From the NCBI GenBank assembly GCA_002697475.1, contig NZVW01000073.1, forward strand, positions 1 through 39,724: a DNA stretch of 39,724 nt, given 5' to 3'. The stretch is from Aquimarina sp. Its GTDB lineage: Bacteria > Bacteroidota > Bacteroidia > Flavobacteriales > Flavobacteriaceae. Positions 19,342 through 28,287 of the stretch are shown here, one piece after another (within the stretch, counting starts at the first letter, position 1; each line of letters opens with the position of its first letter). A program made the translations under genes and the position numbers. The notes beneath the pieces are model-generated. The model saw only the letters and a list, made by a program, of their open reading frames with translations, was not told where the DNA came from and did not search any database.

Positions 19342-22300
19342 ATGTATAAAATTTTCACACTTATATTCTTATTGTCTATTAGTATTTCTTGTAGTGAAAA
19401 GGATAATACTCAAGAAAAGCAACAAGATGGACCCACAGAGGAAACTCTTTTCACAAAATTGCCCTCGGATAGCACTCATATTAAGTTTACAAATTATGTG
19501 ACTAATGAGCGGGACTTCAATATTTTTAAATATAGAAACTTTTATAATGGAGGTGGAGTTGCTATTGGGGATATCAACAATGATGGTCTTGCTGATATTT
19601 ACCTGACCGCGAATAGAAGTGAAAATAGGCTGTACCTCAATCAGGGGGATTTTAAATTTAAAGATATAGCTGAATCTTCAGGAACTACAGGTAAAAATTC
19701 TTGGTCTACCGGTGTTGTTATGGTTGATATCAATGCCGATGGATTATTGGATATTTATGTGTGCAATGCCGGGAATGTCAAGGGGGATAATCAAAAAAAT
19801 GAACTTTTCATTAATAACGGGGATTTAACATTTACAGAAAAAGCAGAAGAATATAATCTTGCGGATAGCGGTTTCACTACCCACGCGGCATTTTTTGATT
19901 ACGATGGAGATGGAGATTTAGATGTATATATTTTAAACAATAGTTTTATTCCGGTAAGTAGTCTGAGTTTTGTTAATAAACGAAATCTTAGAGCAGAAGA
20001 ATGGGACATCCCCGAAATTCTGAAAGGTGGCGGTGACAAATTATTACGCAATGATAATGGCAAATTTAGAGATGTAAGTCAAGAAGCAGGTATATATGGA
20101 AGCCTTATTGGCTTTGGTCTGGGAGTTACTATTGGTGATGTTAATCAGGATCTGTTGCCGGATATTTATGTTTCTAATGATTTCTATGAAAGGGATTATC
20201 TGTATATAAATAAAGGAGATGGAACCTTTTCTGAGGAAATAAAAGATTGGGTAAAGCATCTGAGTATTTCGTCAATGGGCGCAGATATGGCGGATATAAA
20301 TAATGATGGTTATCCTGAAATATTTGTAACCGATATGCTTCCTGAAGATGATCAAAGATTAAAGGAAACCAGTTCTTTTGAGACTTATGATGTTTATCAA
20401 TTAAAAAAAGGCAGGGATTTCTATAATCAATACATGCAGAATTCACTACAATTAAATAATGGAGACAATTCATTTTCTGAAATAGCATTTTATAGTGGTG
20501 TTGCAAAGACAGATTGGAGCTGGGGAGCATTACTCTTCGATATGGATAATGATGGTTATAGAGACATTTTTGTGAGTAATGGGATTTATCACGATCTGAC
20601 AGATCAGGATTTTATGAACTTCTTTGCTAATGATATTATTAGAAGGATGACCCTGACAGGAAAAAAGGAAGAAGTAGATTCTATTATCAACAAAATGCCA
20701 TCTCACCCTATTCCTAATTACGCCTTTAAAAATAATAAAGATTTGACTTTCTCCGATGTCAGTTCAGTCTGGGGGTTCGAAGAACCTACTTTTTCTAATG
20801 GAGCCGCGTATGGCGATTTGGATAATGATGGGGATTTAGATCTTATCATTAATAATTTTAATAATGAAGCATTTGTATACAGAAATGACACTGACAATCT
20901 TGATCATAATTATTTAAAATTTAAAGTTAAAGGAGAAGGACAGAATACCTTTGGCATAGGTACAATTATAGAATTATTTGTGGATGATGAAATTATTAGA
21001 CAGGAGTTAATACCATCAAGAGGATTTCAATCCTCTGTGGATTTTACAATTGCAGTAGGATTAGGACAAAAGGATAAAATAGATTCTGTTCGGGTTATTT
21101 ATCCAAATCATAAATACGAAACTTTAAAGATAGAAGGTTTAAATAAAGTTGTTGAATTGGATCAAAAAGATGCAGCTTTAGTGTATCGTATTAAACCAAA
21201 AGAAAATGATCAACTACTTACACTAATTGAAGCTGATTTTATTGCGCATAAGGAAGATTCATATGTCGACTTTGATTATGAGGGTCTAATCTATAAAATG
21301 CAGTCAAAGGAAGGTCCTGCATTAGCTATAGCAGATGTAAATGATGATGGAAATGATGATGTTTTTATTGGAGGAGCATATGGACAAGCTGGTAAGTTGT
21401 ATTATCAGCAAGATTCTGGCAAGTTCATATCTTCTAAGTTTATGACCGAGGACTTTTTTGAAGACACTGTAGCAGCTTTCGCAGATGTAGATGGTGATAA
21501 TGACTTGGATTTGGTTATCGGTTCAGGGGGCAACTTTAAAGGAGCAAGAACCGGAGTGCGATATTATGTAAATGATGGAAAAGGTAATTTCTCCAGAGGT
21601 TCAATTATTCTTCCTACAGAATCTAATATTTCTACGCTTAAATTATATGATTTTGATCAGGATGGAGACCTGGATATTTTCGCAGGTAGTCTTAGTAGGA
21701 TTGGAGTTTACGGAACAAATCCGGATAATTATCTACTACAGAATAATGGTAAAGGAAACTTTACAGACGTCACACCTAAAATAGCTCCAGATCTTAGATC
21801 CATCGGAATGGTTACTGATGCAACCTGGGAGGATTTTGATAACGATGGGATTAAAGATTTATTAGTTGTCGGAGAGTGGATGAGCCCTTTAATTTACCTA
21901 AATAAGAAAACTCAATTTAAGCCCTTTCAAACAACGCTTAATGAGCTATCAGGCATGTACAATGCTGTAAAAGCTGAGGATCTGGATGGCGATGGCGACG
22001 TTGATATTGTTTTAGGGAATCAAGGATTAAATGCCCCTTATCAAGCCACAAATCAACATCCTATTAAATTGTATATTTCTGATTTTGATAATAATGGTAC
22101 AGTTGAGCAGATTATGACACAAACTATCAATGGTAAAGACATACCTATCCATTTAAAAAAGGAGTTAACAAGTCAATTGCCTTTTCTTAAAAAGCAGAAT
22201 ATTAAATTCTCTGAATACGCTACTAAGTCAATTGATCAACTTTTTAATAAGGAAATTTTAAGTAAGGCTGATATAAAGGAGGTTAATCAATTTGCCAGTT

Positions 22301-22653
22301 TAGTGGCTTATAATGAGGGAGATGGAAAATTCAACGTTCAGGAATTACCGGGTAGAGTGCAACTTTCGTGTATTTGTAGTATAGAAACGTATGATTTTAA
22401 TAATGATGGCATTAAAGATTTGATTTTAGGAGGTAATAATTATAATCTGAAGCCTCAATTTTCAAGACAGGATGCAAGCAGGGGGAATATTTTAGTAAGT
22501 AGGGATAAGAAGGAGTATAAGAACTCTGAAAATTCAGGTTTCATTGTTGATGGCGAAGTTAAGGGACTAGGTTGGGTAAAAAATAGTTCTGGAAAACAAT
22601 TCTTAATTACGGCAATTAATGATGAGGCTCCAAAAGTTTTCAAACTCAATTAG
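19342..22653 (+). CDS. FG-GAP/VCBS repeat lipoprotein with ASPIC-UnbV domain (CRTAC1-like), paralog 2
   Basis: Lipobox SISC-S, YRNFYNGGGVAIGDINNDG, TDWSW, 'SRGFQSS...VGLG' and DxDxDG repeats. Confidence 0.88.
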   Translation: MYKIFTLIFLLSISISCSEKDNTQEKQQDGPTEETLFTKLPSDSTHIKFTNYVTNERDFNIFKYRNFYNGGGVAIGDINNDGLADIYLTANRSENRLYLNQGDFKFKDIAESSGTTGKNSWSTGVVMVDINADGLLDIYVCNAGNVKGDNQKNELFINNGDLTFTEKAEEYNLADSGFTTHAAFFDYDGDGDLDVYILNNSFIPVSSLSFVNKRNLRAEEWDIPEILKGGGDKLLRNDNGKFRDVSQEAGIYGSLIGFGLGVTIGDVNQDLLPDIYVSNDFYERDYLYINKGDGTFSEEIKDWVKHLSISSMGADMADINNDGYPEIFVTDMLPEDDQRLKETSSFETYDVYQLKKGRDFYNQYMQNSLQLNNGDNSFSEIAFYSGVAKTDWSWGALLFDMDNDGYRDIFVSNGIYHDLTDQDFMNFFANDIIRRMTLTGKKEEVDSIINKMPSHPIPNYAFKNNKDLTFSDVSSVWGFEEPTFSNGAAYGDLDNDGDLDLIINNFNNEAFVYRNDTDNLDHNYLKFKVKGEGQNTFGIGTIIELFVDDEIIRQELIPSRGFQSSVDFTIAVGLGQKDKIDSVRVIYPNHKYETLKIEGLNKVVELDQKDAALVYRIKPKENDQLLTLIEADFIAHKEDSYVDFDYEGLIYKMQSKEGPALAIADVNDDGNDDVFIGGAYGQAGKLYYQQDSGKFISSKFMTEDFFEDTVAAFADVDGDNDLDLVIGSGGNFKGARTGVRYYVNDGKGNFSRGSIILPTESNISTLKLYDFDQDGDLDIFAGSLSRIGVYGTNPDNYLLQNNGKGNFTDVTPKIAPDLRSIGMVTDATWEDFDNDGIKDLLVVGEWMSPLIYLNKKTQFKPFQTTLNELSGMYNAVKAEDLDGDGDVDIVLGNQGLNAPYQATNQHPIKLYISDFDNNGTVEQIMTQTINGKDIPIHLKKELTSQLPFLKKQNIKFSEYATKSIDQLFNKEILSKADIKEVNQFASLVAYNEGDGKFNVQELPGRVQLSCICSIETYDFNNDGIKDLILGGNNYNLKPQFSRQDASRGNILVSRDKKEYKNSENSGFIVDGEVKGLGWVKNSSGKQFLITAINDEAPKVFKLN

Positions 22654-22654
22654 A

Positions 22655-25600
22655 ATGTGCTTACAAAGATTTTTAGTTTTTTCACTCATTTGCAGTCTTT
22701 TAGCAGTTAATATGTCCTGCACTAATAAAAAGGAGGTCGAAGTTGACACTCTTTTTAAAACTCTGCACGCCTCAGAAACAGGATTAAACTTCAAAAACAC
22801 ATTAAATCCCTCTGACAGTTTAAACATATTAGACTACCTGTATTATTATAATGGGGCAGGTGTTGCTGTTGGCGATGTAAATAACGATGGGTTACCAGAT
22901 GTGTTTCTAACTGCTAATCAAGGAAAAAATGCTTTATTTCTAAATAAAGGAAATTTCACTTTTGAAGATGTGACTTCTGCCGCAGGATTACAAGGTCATG
23001 CAGATTGGAATACCGGGGCAATAATGGCTGATGTTAATGGCGATGGATTTTTAGATATATATGTCTGTGCTGTTACAGGTATACATAACTTTAAAGGCAG
23101 AAACGAACTCTACATAAATAATGGTGATGGTACTTTTGTAGAAAAAGCAGAAGCTTTTGGTTTGGGTTTTACAAACTATACTACCTCTGCAGCATTTTTT
23201 GACTATGATAATGATGGTGATTTAGACATGTACTTGTTAAATCACGCCATTCATACACAAAATTCATTTGGTAAGGCTTCTATAAGAGAAAACAGGGTTG
23301 ATCAAAGCGGCGATAAATTACTTAGAAACGATAACAACATATTTGTTGACGTTAGTGAAGAAGCAGGAATATACGGAGGAGCTAACGGTTATGGATTAGG
23401 CATAGCTACTGCAGATTTTAATAACGATGGATACACAGATATTTATGTAAGCAATGACTTTCACGAAGATGATTATTACTATGTTAATAATGGTGACGGT
23501 ACATTTTCTGAAAAGTTGAAAGAAGACTTTTCCCAAACCAGTAGATTTTCTATGGGTAATGATGTGTCTGATATAAATCATGATGGCTATGTTGACATTT
23601 TTACGTTGGATATGACTCCGCAAGAAGAAAATGTATTGAAAGCATCCATGGGTGATGAGACTTATGATATGCTCAGAATGAGAGTGGATCGCCTGGGTTA
23701 CCATTATCAGTTTGCACGCAATATGTTGCAGATCAATAATGGTGGTCAGTTTTTTTCAGAAACCGCGTTATTAAGTGGTATAGCAGAAACAGATTGGAGC
23801 TGGTCGGCATTGTTTGCTGATTATGATCAGGATGGAGAACAGGATGTTTTTATATCTAATGGTATTCCTAAAAGACCAAACGACTTGGATTATATTAAGT
23901 ATATCTCCAATAAACAAATCAGGGAGAAAGTAAACAACTCCAGATTTGTAGATCAAAAGGCTTTAGACATCATGCCATCAGGAAAGGTGCCTAACTATTT
24001 TTATAAAGGGGAATCAGACTTAAGTTTCGAAGATGTTACCAGGGATTGGATAGGAAATAGCGCTGTAGTAGCTAATGGAAGTGCTTATGCAGATTTGGAT
24101 AATGATGGTGATTTGGATATCGTTACCAACACCATAGACTCAGAAGTGGTTATTTATAAAAATACCATCGACACAGCTTCCAATTATTTGACTTTAAGAT
24201 TTAAATATAAAGATCATAACCCCTTTGGCTTGGGAACAAAAGTACTTTCTTATCATAATGGCATATTACAGTATAAACAGTTGTTTACTTCAAAAGGTTT
24301 TCAGTCATCATCGGAGCCCATTATACATTTTGGATATGGTAAAACAGAAACAATTGATTCATTAAAAATAATATGGCCAGATCAGACAATACAGATAGCA
24401 GAAAATATTAAAACTAATCAAAAACTGACAATTCAGGTACTGCATAAGAGGGATAAAGTAGATTACACAGTGCTATTTCCTAAGAAAAGGAAGTGGTTTA
24501 GAGGAATAGATAGCCTGCCTGGTCTATGTTACGAACATAAAGAAAATAACTACATTGATTTTAATCGTCAAAAACTAATTCCATATAAAGTTTCGGACAA
24601 AGGGCCGGCAGTTGTTGTCTCGGATTTCAATAATGATGGTTTGGATGATTTATTTTTTGGTAGCTCAAAGAACTTTAAATCTGAAGTCTATTTACAAACA
24701 AAAAATGGATTTCAAAAGCTAGACATACCCTTCTTGCATGATGATAAAGACCAGGAGGATATAGTCGCAATTGCAGAGGATTTTGATCAGGACGGTAGCA
24801 AAGACCTTTTAATTGGTTCTGCCGGAGGAGAAATTTTATATACTAAAGAAAAACTTCAGGATAGATTATATCTTAATAAGAATACTAACTTTAATAGGGC
24901 CTCTTTTCCTAAAATAAATGCAAACACCTCTGTAATTGCTCCACACGATATCGATGGCGACGGTGATTTGGATATATTTATAGGGAGTTATATTTCTGCT
25001 GATAATTTTGGGAAAATACCAGAATCATTTTTGCTGATAAATGATAATAACAATTTCCATATTTCAAATCAAAAAGAATTGAAATCCTTGGGAATGGTTA
25101 CAGATGCTATTTGGTCGGATATAGATGGCGACGGAAATAAGGAACTTTTTGTTGTGGGAGAGTGGATGTCTCCTAAAATTTTGAAATATACATCTGGATC
25201 GTTTAAGGATATGACTAATAAATATCTGGGTAATATGCCTCTGGGGTTGTGGCAAATGATAAAACCATTTGACGTTGATAGCGATGGAGATACAGATTAT
25301 GTTTTGGGTAATTTTGGGACAAATACTAAGTTTAAAGCAACTGGTGATCATCCGTTAAGAATGTACTATTCTGATTTTGATAGCAATGGTACTCCGGAGA
25401 CCATTATTGCATTATACAAAGAAGGGCAATATTATCCAATTTTAGGGCTAGACGAATTAGCTGCGCAGATGAATTTTTTGAAAAAGAAGTATACCAGTTA
25501 TCGCGATTTTGCGGGTAAAACTCTGGAAGAAATATTGGGTAGAGATAAATTGGATGAAGCTAAACTTTTTGAAGTTACTGAGCTTAGATCAGGATATCTG

Positions 25601-25936
25601 AGGAATGATAATGATAATTATACTTTTAAATCCTTTGAAAATAGTATGCAAATAGCTCCCATAACTAAAGCACTAAATTATGATTTTGAAGGGGATGGAG
25701 AACAAGAATTATTACTTGCAGGTAATTATACGGGTTTAATACCCTATCATAGTAAATTGGATGCCTTTGCGGGTGCGATTATAAAGACAGGGAAAATAAT
25801 TGAAGGTAAAGATATTGGGTTAAACCTGACACAACATGTAGTTAGAGGATTAAATATTCTTAAATTTGATAGTAAAGAATATATCATCGTAACTATGAAT
25901 AATGATAAGCCACAGATTTATGAATTGGTTAAATAG
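22655..25936 (+). CDS. FG-GAP/VCBS repeat lipoprotein with ASPIC-UnbV domain (CRTAC1-like), paralog 3
   Basis: Start placed at ATG 22655, 1 bp after the previous stop, which gives a signal peptide ending in NMSC-T. Motifs YYYNGAGVAVGDVNNDG, TDWSW and 'KGFQSS...HFGYG...IIWP'. Confidence 0.88.
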   Translation: MCLQRFLVFSLICSLLAVNMSCTNKKEVEVDTLFKTLHASETGLNFKNTLNPSDSLNILDYLYYYNGAGVAVGDVNNDGLPDVFLTANQGKNALFLNKGNFTFEDVTSAAGLQGHADWNTGAIMADVNGDGFLDIYVCAVTGIHNFKGRNELYINNGDGTFVEKAEAFGLGFTNYTTSAAFFDYDNDGDLDMYLLNHAIHTQNSFGKASIRENRVDQSGDKLLRNDNNIFVDVSEEAGIYGGANGYGLGIATADFNNDGYTDIYVSNDFHEDDYYYVNNGDGTFSEKLKEDFSQTSRFSMGNDVSDINHDGYVDIFTLDMTPQEENVLKASMGDETYDMLRMRVDRLGYHYQFARNMLQINNGGQFFSETALLSGIAETDWSWSALFADYDQDGEQDVFISNGIPKRPNDLDYIKYISNKQIREKVNNSRFVDQKALDIMPSGKVPNYFYKGESDLSFEDVTRDWIGNSAVVANGSAYADLDNDGDLDIVTNTIDSEVVIYKNTIDTASNYLTLRFKYKDHNPFGLGTKVLSYHNGILQYKQLFTSKGFQSSSEPIIHFGYGKTETIDSLKIIWPDQTIQIAENIKTNQKLTIQVLHKRDKVDYTVLFPKKRKWFRGIDSLPGLCYEHKENNYIDFNRQKLIPYKVSDKGPAVVVSDFNNDGLDDLFFGSSKNFKSEVYLQTKNGFQKLDIPFLHDDKDQEDIVAIAEDFDQDGSKDLLIGSAGGEILYTKEKLQDRLYLNKNTNFNRASFPKINANTSVIAPHDIDGDGDLDIFIGSYISADNFGKIPESFLLINDNNNFHISNQKELKSLGMVTDAIWSDIDGDGNKELFVVGEWMSPKILKYTSGSFKDMTNKYLGNMPLGLWQMIKPFDVDSDGDTDYVLGNFGTNTKFKATGDHPLRMYYSDFDSNGTPETIIALYKEGQYYPILGLDELAAQMNFLKKKYTSYRDFAGKTLEEILGRDKLDEAKLFEVTELRSGYLRNDNDNYTFKSFENSMQIAPITKALNYDFEGDGEQELLLAGNYTGLIPYHSKLDAFAGAIIKTGKIIEGKDIGLNLTQHVVRGLNILKFDSKEYIIVTMNNDKPQIYELVK

Positions 25937-25943
25937 AAATAAT

Positions 25944-27311
25944 ATGTTCCACAAGTTAGTAAGAGGATTGCAATATACCTTAGTTTTAGTTTTGCTCTCA
26001 GGTGCGTTCAGCTGTAAAAATGATGAAGAAATAATAGTAACTTCAGATGATTACCACAAAACACTGGACAAGCTCACTGAGATCATGATACACGATATAT
26101 TTTCTCCTCCGGTTGCCAGTAGGATATATAATTATCCTAATATCGCGGCATATGAGATCATAAGCCTTCAATCCTCTGAATATAAGTCATTGTCAGGACA
26201 ACTTAGTGACTTTACTCCTGTGCCTAAACCAGACACTAACAAGCAAATTAATTATAAGGTTGCCGCACTTGTTGCATACATAGATGTAGCCAAGCAGTTG
26301 ATTTTTTCTGAAGATCGTATGGAAGCATATAGGGACAGCATTTATACAAATTGGAAGAATGTCAACCAAACAAGTTTTGAGGATTCTAAGGATTATGGAC
26401 TAAAAGTAGCAACACATATTAAAGAATGGTTGTCAAAGGATAATTATGCGCAGACCAGAACGATGCCTAAGTTTACCGTAGATACTGAAAATCCTTCAAG
26501 ATGGCAGCCGACACCACCTGATTATATGGATGGGATAGAACCTCACTGGAATAAAATAAGACCTATGGTATTAAAATCTTCGGATCAATTTACCCCTGAT
26601 AAACATCCGGATTTTTCCTTAGAGAAAGATTCACCGTTCTTTAAAGAGGTTATGGAAACCTATGAGGTAGGGGCGGCGATAAAGAAAGAAGGAGAAACTT
26701 CTGAAAAATTAGAGATAGCTAAATTTTGGGACTGTAATCCCTATGTTTCTACTCACAAGGGACATTTAATGTTTGCTACCAAAAAAATTACACCTGGAGC
26801 GCATTGGATAGGCATCTGTAAAATTGCGTGTAAAAAGTCTAAAACTGACTTTGAAGAAACTGTTTATGCCTATACCAAAACATCAATAACTATAGTAGAT
26901 GGATTTATTAGTTGCTGGGATGAAAAGTATCGAAGTAATTTGATAAGACCCGAAACATTAATTAATCAGCATATCGATGAAAATTGGGCACCTATATTAC
27001 AAACTCCTCCGTTTCCTGAATATACCAGCGGTCATTCCGTAGTTTCAGGAGCCGCGTCTACAGTGTTAACTGATATTTTTGGAGATAATTTTTCATTTGA
27101 TGACACCACAGAGCTACCTTATGGGTTGACCATGCGATCTTTTCCTTCTTTTAATAAAGCGGCAGAAGAAGCCGCTATAAGCAGATTATATGGAGGTATC
27201 CATTACAGATCAGCTATTGATTTAGGTCTTAAGCAAGGAAGAAGTCTGGGTAATTATGTTTTGAACAACTTAGATATGAAAACCAATCAAGAAGAAATTG
27301 CCAGTAAATAA
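25944..27311 (+). CDS. Vanadium-dependent haloperoxidase (PAP2 superfamily), lipoprotein
   Basis: Vanadate-binding motifs CWDEKYRSNLIRP, TPPFPEYTSGHS and SRLYGGIHY, plus WQPTPPDY and FWDCNP. Start ATG 25944 gives lipobox AFSC-K. Confidence 0.88.
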   Translation: MFHKLVRGLQYTLVLVLLSGAFSCKNDEEIIVTSDDYHKTLDKLTEIMIHDIFSPPVASRIYNYPNIAAYEIISLQSSEYKSLSGQLSDFTPVPKPDTNKQINYKVAALVAYIDVAKQLIFSEDRMEAYRDSIYTNWKNVNQTSFEDSKDYGLKVATHIKEWLSKDNYAQTRTMPKFTVDTENPSRWQPTPPDYMDGIEPHWNKIRPMVLKSSDQFTPDKHPDFSLEKDSPFFKEVMETYEVGAAIKKEGETSEKLEIAKFWDCNPYVSTHKGHLMFATKKITPGAHWIGICKIACKKSKTDFEETVYAYTKTSITIVDGFISCWDEKYRSNLIRPETLINQHIDENWAPILQTPPFPEYTSGHSVVSGAASTVLTDIFGDNFSFDDTTELPYGLTMRSFPSFNKAAEEAAISRLYGGIHYRSAIDLGLKQGRSLGNYVLNNLDMKTNQEEIASK

Positions 27312-28216
27312 TGAAGAAGTTATTTAGTGTTCTGGTTTTTATAATTCTAGGTCTTGCCATTTGGTTTTTCTTTATAAGATCATATGATTATGAAATTAAT
27401 TTTACAACACAAACGAATAGAGCGCACGTTTATCATCAGGTAGTGGCAATACCCTCCTGGGATGACTCCGGAAAAGAAAGTGTCAAGATTACGGACACCG
27501 TATTATATAATTTCATTGAACAGCAAATCGATAAAAAGGATTCACCTTTTATTCTGGGTTGGCATTTTGATAAAGTTTCAGATACTGTAACGAAAATTAA
27601 GGTAGGAGTTAAGTCTAAGGAACAAAGCTTAAAACACAGATTAAAGGTTATATTAGGTAAGTCAACACTCATCAAAGAAGTTAAAGAGAACCTTATTGCC
27701 TTTCGATCAAAGATAAAAGATGATCAGGATCGGTTTAAAATACATATAAATGGAATTGTCGAATCTCCTGCCATTCACTATCTAGGTATGAAAGTAAAAT
27801 CTTTAAGAGCGCTTAAAGCGGGTAAGATGATTGAAGGGAATGCGATATTATATCCGGCAATTGAAGATAACAATCTCGTTCAAAATGGTAAGCCCTTTAT
27901 TAAAATACGCCAATGGAATGCTTTATCAGATGAAATGACTTATGAATTTGGTTTTCCGGTACAGCAAAATGACTCCATAACAGTAGCTAACAAAGACTTA
28001 TTTATTGCTGATCTTCCATCTTATAAAGCCCTAAAGGCTACGTATTATGGTAATTATAGCCGTAGCGATGAAGCCTGGTTTGCTCTACTACAATATGCGG
28101 AAACAAATAATATTAAAGTTTCTAAACAACCTCTGGAAATCTTTTATGATAATCCTATGCAGGGCGGAGATGATAAAAAATGGAAAGCTGAGGTGTTTTT
28201 GCCTGTAATTGAATAA
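27311..28216 (+). CDS. Membrane-anchored GyrI-like small-molecule-binding domain protein
   Basis: N-terminal transmembrane helix and a C-terminal GyrI-like segment 'KALKATYYGNY...AWFALLQYA...PLEIFYDNP...WKAEVFLPV'. A TAATG overlap couples it to the haloperoxidase gene. Confidence 0.75.
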   Translation: MKKLFSVLVFIILGLAIWFFFIRSYDYEINFTTQTNRAHVYHQVVAIPSWDDSGKESVKITDTVLYNFIEQQIDKKDSPFILGWHFDKVSDTVTKIKVGVKSKEQSLKHRLKVILGKSTLIKEVKENLIAFRSKIKDDQDRFKIHINGIVESPAIHYLGMKVKSLRALKAGKMIEGNAILYPAIEDNNLVQNGKPFIKIRQWNALSDEMTYEFGFPVQQNDSITVANKDLFIADLPSYKALKATYYGNYSRSDEAWFALLQYAETNNIKVSKQPLEIFYDNPMQGGDDKKWKAEVFLPVIE

Positions 28217-28287
28217 AATTATCTTTTATCACAATTCTGTTTAGTCCACGTTTTATTGTATTTTAAGAGACAAATTCACACTATAAT

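Noticed and set aside
16030-25936. Recurrent GATAATGATGG-like DNA repeats considered as a CRISPR or repeat array
   Set aside because: They are irregularly spaced and degenerate, and are explained by DxDxDG coding repeats. No cas genes are present.
22619-25943. Long gene overlaps implied by the ORF-track starts at 22619 and 25902 (and likewise 39093)
   Set aside because: Downstream ATGs at 22655, 25944 and 39135 give proper signal peptides without overlap.
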